This document shows, piece after piece, positions 61,985 to 64,000 of a stretch of 64,000 nt of DNA. Under the pieces are notes generated by a model. The model searched no databases. It was not told where the DNA came from and saw only the letters and a program-made list of their open reading frames with translations. Source of the stretch: Vairimorpha necatrix (taxonomy: Eukaryota). The DNA lies in NCBI GenBank assembly GCA_036630325.1, contig CP142734.1, positions 124,001-188,000 on the forward strand, in the 5' to 3' direction. The translations under genes were made by a program, and so were the position numbers. Each line of letters opens with the position of its first letter. Position 1 is the stretch's first letter.

Positions 61985-63541
61985 TGAGTTTCATTTAATT
62001 TAGATTTAATTATAATAAATAATAAGTTTTATTAAATTTAGATTTAATTATATTAAATAATGTATATTAAACTGATATATAAACTTGGTTTTGTTCGGGT
62101 GGTAAATTTAATTAAGTACAATATAATCTGCAATATTTGTTGCATTATAATGTAACATAATTTTTTTTTAAAAGCTTTGATTACATATTATTGTGATTTG
62201 ATTGTTATTCTAATTGTTTAACTAAAATTCTAAACATTTCTGAACTACTATCGTTTGTTTTTAGTATTAAACTACGATGTGCTTAGCTTTTGTAGGAAAG
62301 GAAAATTTCTTTTTTATCATAAAATATCTCCAAATTCTATATATTATATCTTTTTTTTTGAATAGACGTCTTCATAAGCAAAAAATTGAATACATATTTA
62401 ATTCTAATGATGTCGCAACTTTTATAAATTATCATGTTGTTTGATTATGTATTATACACGTGTAAATTCGTGGGAATTATAACTTTATAAAATACTAGTT
62501 TTTATTTATATTTTGCCGTTGTGCGTTATCATGCAATAATAAAATTTATTTTATAGGATTGTACTTTTCTGGTTTTGCTAAGCAAATGTTTGATTAATAA
62601 GTATAAAAAAACATTATCGACAATAGTACATATTTGAATCATTTTTTTTTGTTAGAATCTCATTGTACTTTAGCCATGTGCGAAACTAAACTTTCATAAA
62701 AGAAACTTCTTAGTATTTCTAAATCCATTCTTTGTATGCATGCACTATTTGGAATAGATTTTAAGGCTTTCAGGACTTTAATCTTCAAATAAAGTTGATA
62801 CAAAACTATGATGAAAAAACAGTGCAAAAAAAATTTAAGATTGACATTTTTTGCCGCTAAACAAAATCCATACTTTTCTGAGATATCTGTAACCTTATGG
62901 GTTATGTTATTTCTACTCCTCAATAGAGCCCCAGCTTTTATCCATTGAAGTAATATTTGTTTACAATAAGCTTTCTTCTGATACGAGTTACAGAGAAGCG
63001 TTAAAATTTTGTTTTTGAAACACTTTATAAATAAACCTTTTTGAATTGAATGTCATCTCAAATCTCCGCAAATTAGGTTAGATCGCAAAAAAAAAAAAAT
63101 TAACACAATAACACGGCTGCATAAGTTCTTTGCTTTTTTGTGCTATGCTCAAAAGATTTATAAAATAAATCTGAGGCATGATTAACGTTTAAGTTCACAC
63201 CAACAATATGTAAAATCAAATTTGTGTTCACCAAACATTTCGGACTCTAAAAACTAAAATTTTAGATTAAAAAGTACAAAAACACACTATTTAATTATAA
63301 ATAAACAATTCTTTTAGATTTCAAAGACCTTATTTTATTTTATATTGCATAAAAAAATTTTAATTATCAAAGTAAAAGTTTTTTATTTGTCATAATATAA
63401 TTATGTTTTAATATTAAATGAGTTTTACGTTTCAAGGTGATCTTGAGTAAATATAAAAAACAATGATCAAAAAACAGTGATATGATACTTGTCACTAATA
63501 ATTATATTGATTTTTATAAATAATAATAAGCTTTAATCATC

Positions 63542-64000
63542 ATGCTAAAAAAAATTATTGTTTCTTCTTTTTGGAAATAGCAAAATGATTTTACTAATAA
63601 AAAATGGGCTGGATTCTGTTTGTGATGGGTATATAGTAATATCTAATGAAAATATATACAAATTATATTTTTTCTTGAATAGTCCGGAGTCAGAAAAAAG
63701 AGTATTATTTAAAGATAAATATAAGGGCAAAGATTTTTTTTCATATGATTATCTCTTAGAAAAGGTAGATACCATTTATCACAAACAAATAAGAACTCTT
63801 GGTACTGCTATTAAAAATACAAAGTTGAGAGAGAAATTTTGCAATAGCGTTCTATAATATAAATTCCATTTTGATTTTCAAACTAACAAAAAGTTTTGTT
63901 TTAAAGTTACCATTAATAAAGAAAAAATAAATACGCTGTCGATTTATCGTACACAAGTAATTGATTTTAACAATAAAAATTTAAGTATGATGCTGGTTTT
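63542..64000 (+). pseudogene. Family C pseudogene (runs off the right edge)
   Basis: ATG 63542 is out of frame by an A8 run; EKVDTIYHKQIRTL...CNSVL*YKFHFDFQTNKKFCF aligns with QKVNIEDHEKIRDL...CAKYYKFTFDMQVYKNFCF; TAA at 63855-57. Confidence 0.75.

Noticed and set aside
59600-63000. Possible piggyBac-like (59.6-60.5 kb) and pogo-like (62.6-63.0 kb) remnants
   Set aside because: No TIR/TSD or convincing catalytic motifs.

Overview
Very AT-rich eukaryotic DNA, most likely from a microsporidian (Nosema/Vairimorpha-like; inferred). The basis is intronless compact genes with a CCC motif just upstream of the ATG, plus Ty3/Gypsy, RLE non-LTR and Merlin/IS1595-type elements. A compact housekeeping island at about 45.9-52.9 kb holds an MFS sugar transporter, SAM synthetase, an Edc3-like gene, a small D-box acidic protein and a RecQ/Sgs1 helicase. 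It is flanked by TE-rich DNA with duplicated lineage-specific secreted-protein families and their pseudogenes. The main observation is two related ~3.2-kb Ty3/Gypsy elements (12377-15585 decayed; 36829-40003 intact). Each has LTRs of only 48 bp, a PBS, a PPT and a 5-bp TSD. The single polyprotein has a tiny Gag, no recognisable aspartic protease, and starts inside the LTR behind a host-type CCC motif. Also found: a nested TE stack at 34.4-41.3 kb resolvable by TSDs, two hairpin-ended solo LTRs, Merlin-derived MITEs, a tandem array of small secreted-peptide genes, and a candidate minimal securin. All calls come from manual reading; no database searches were run.
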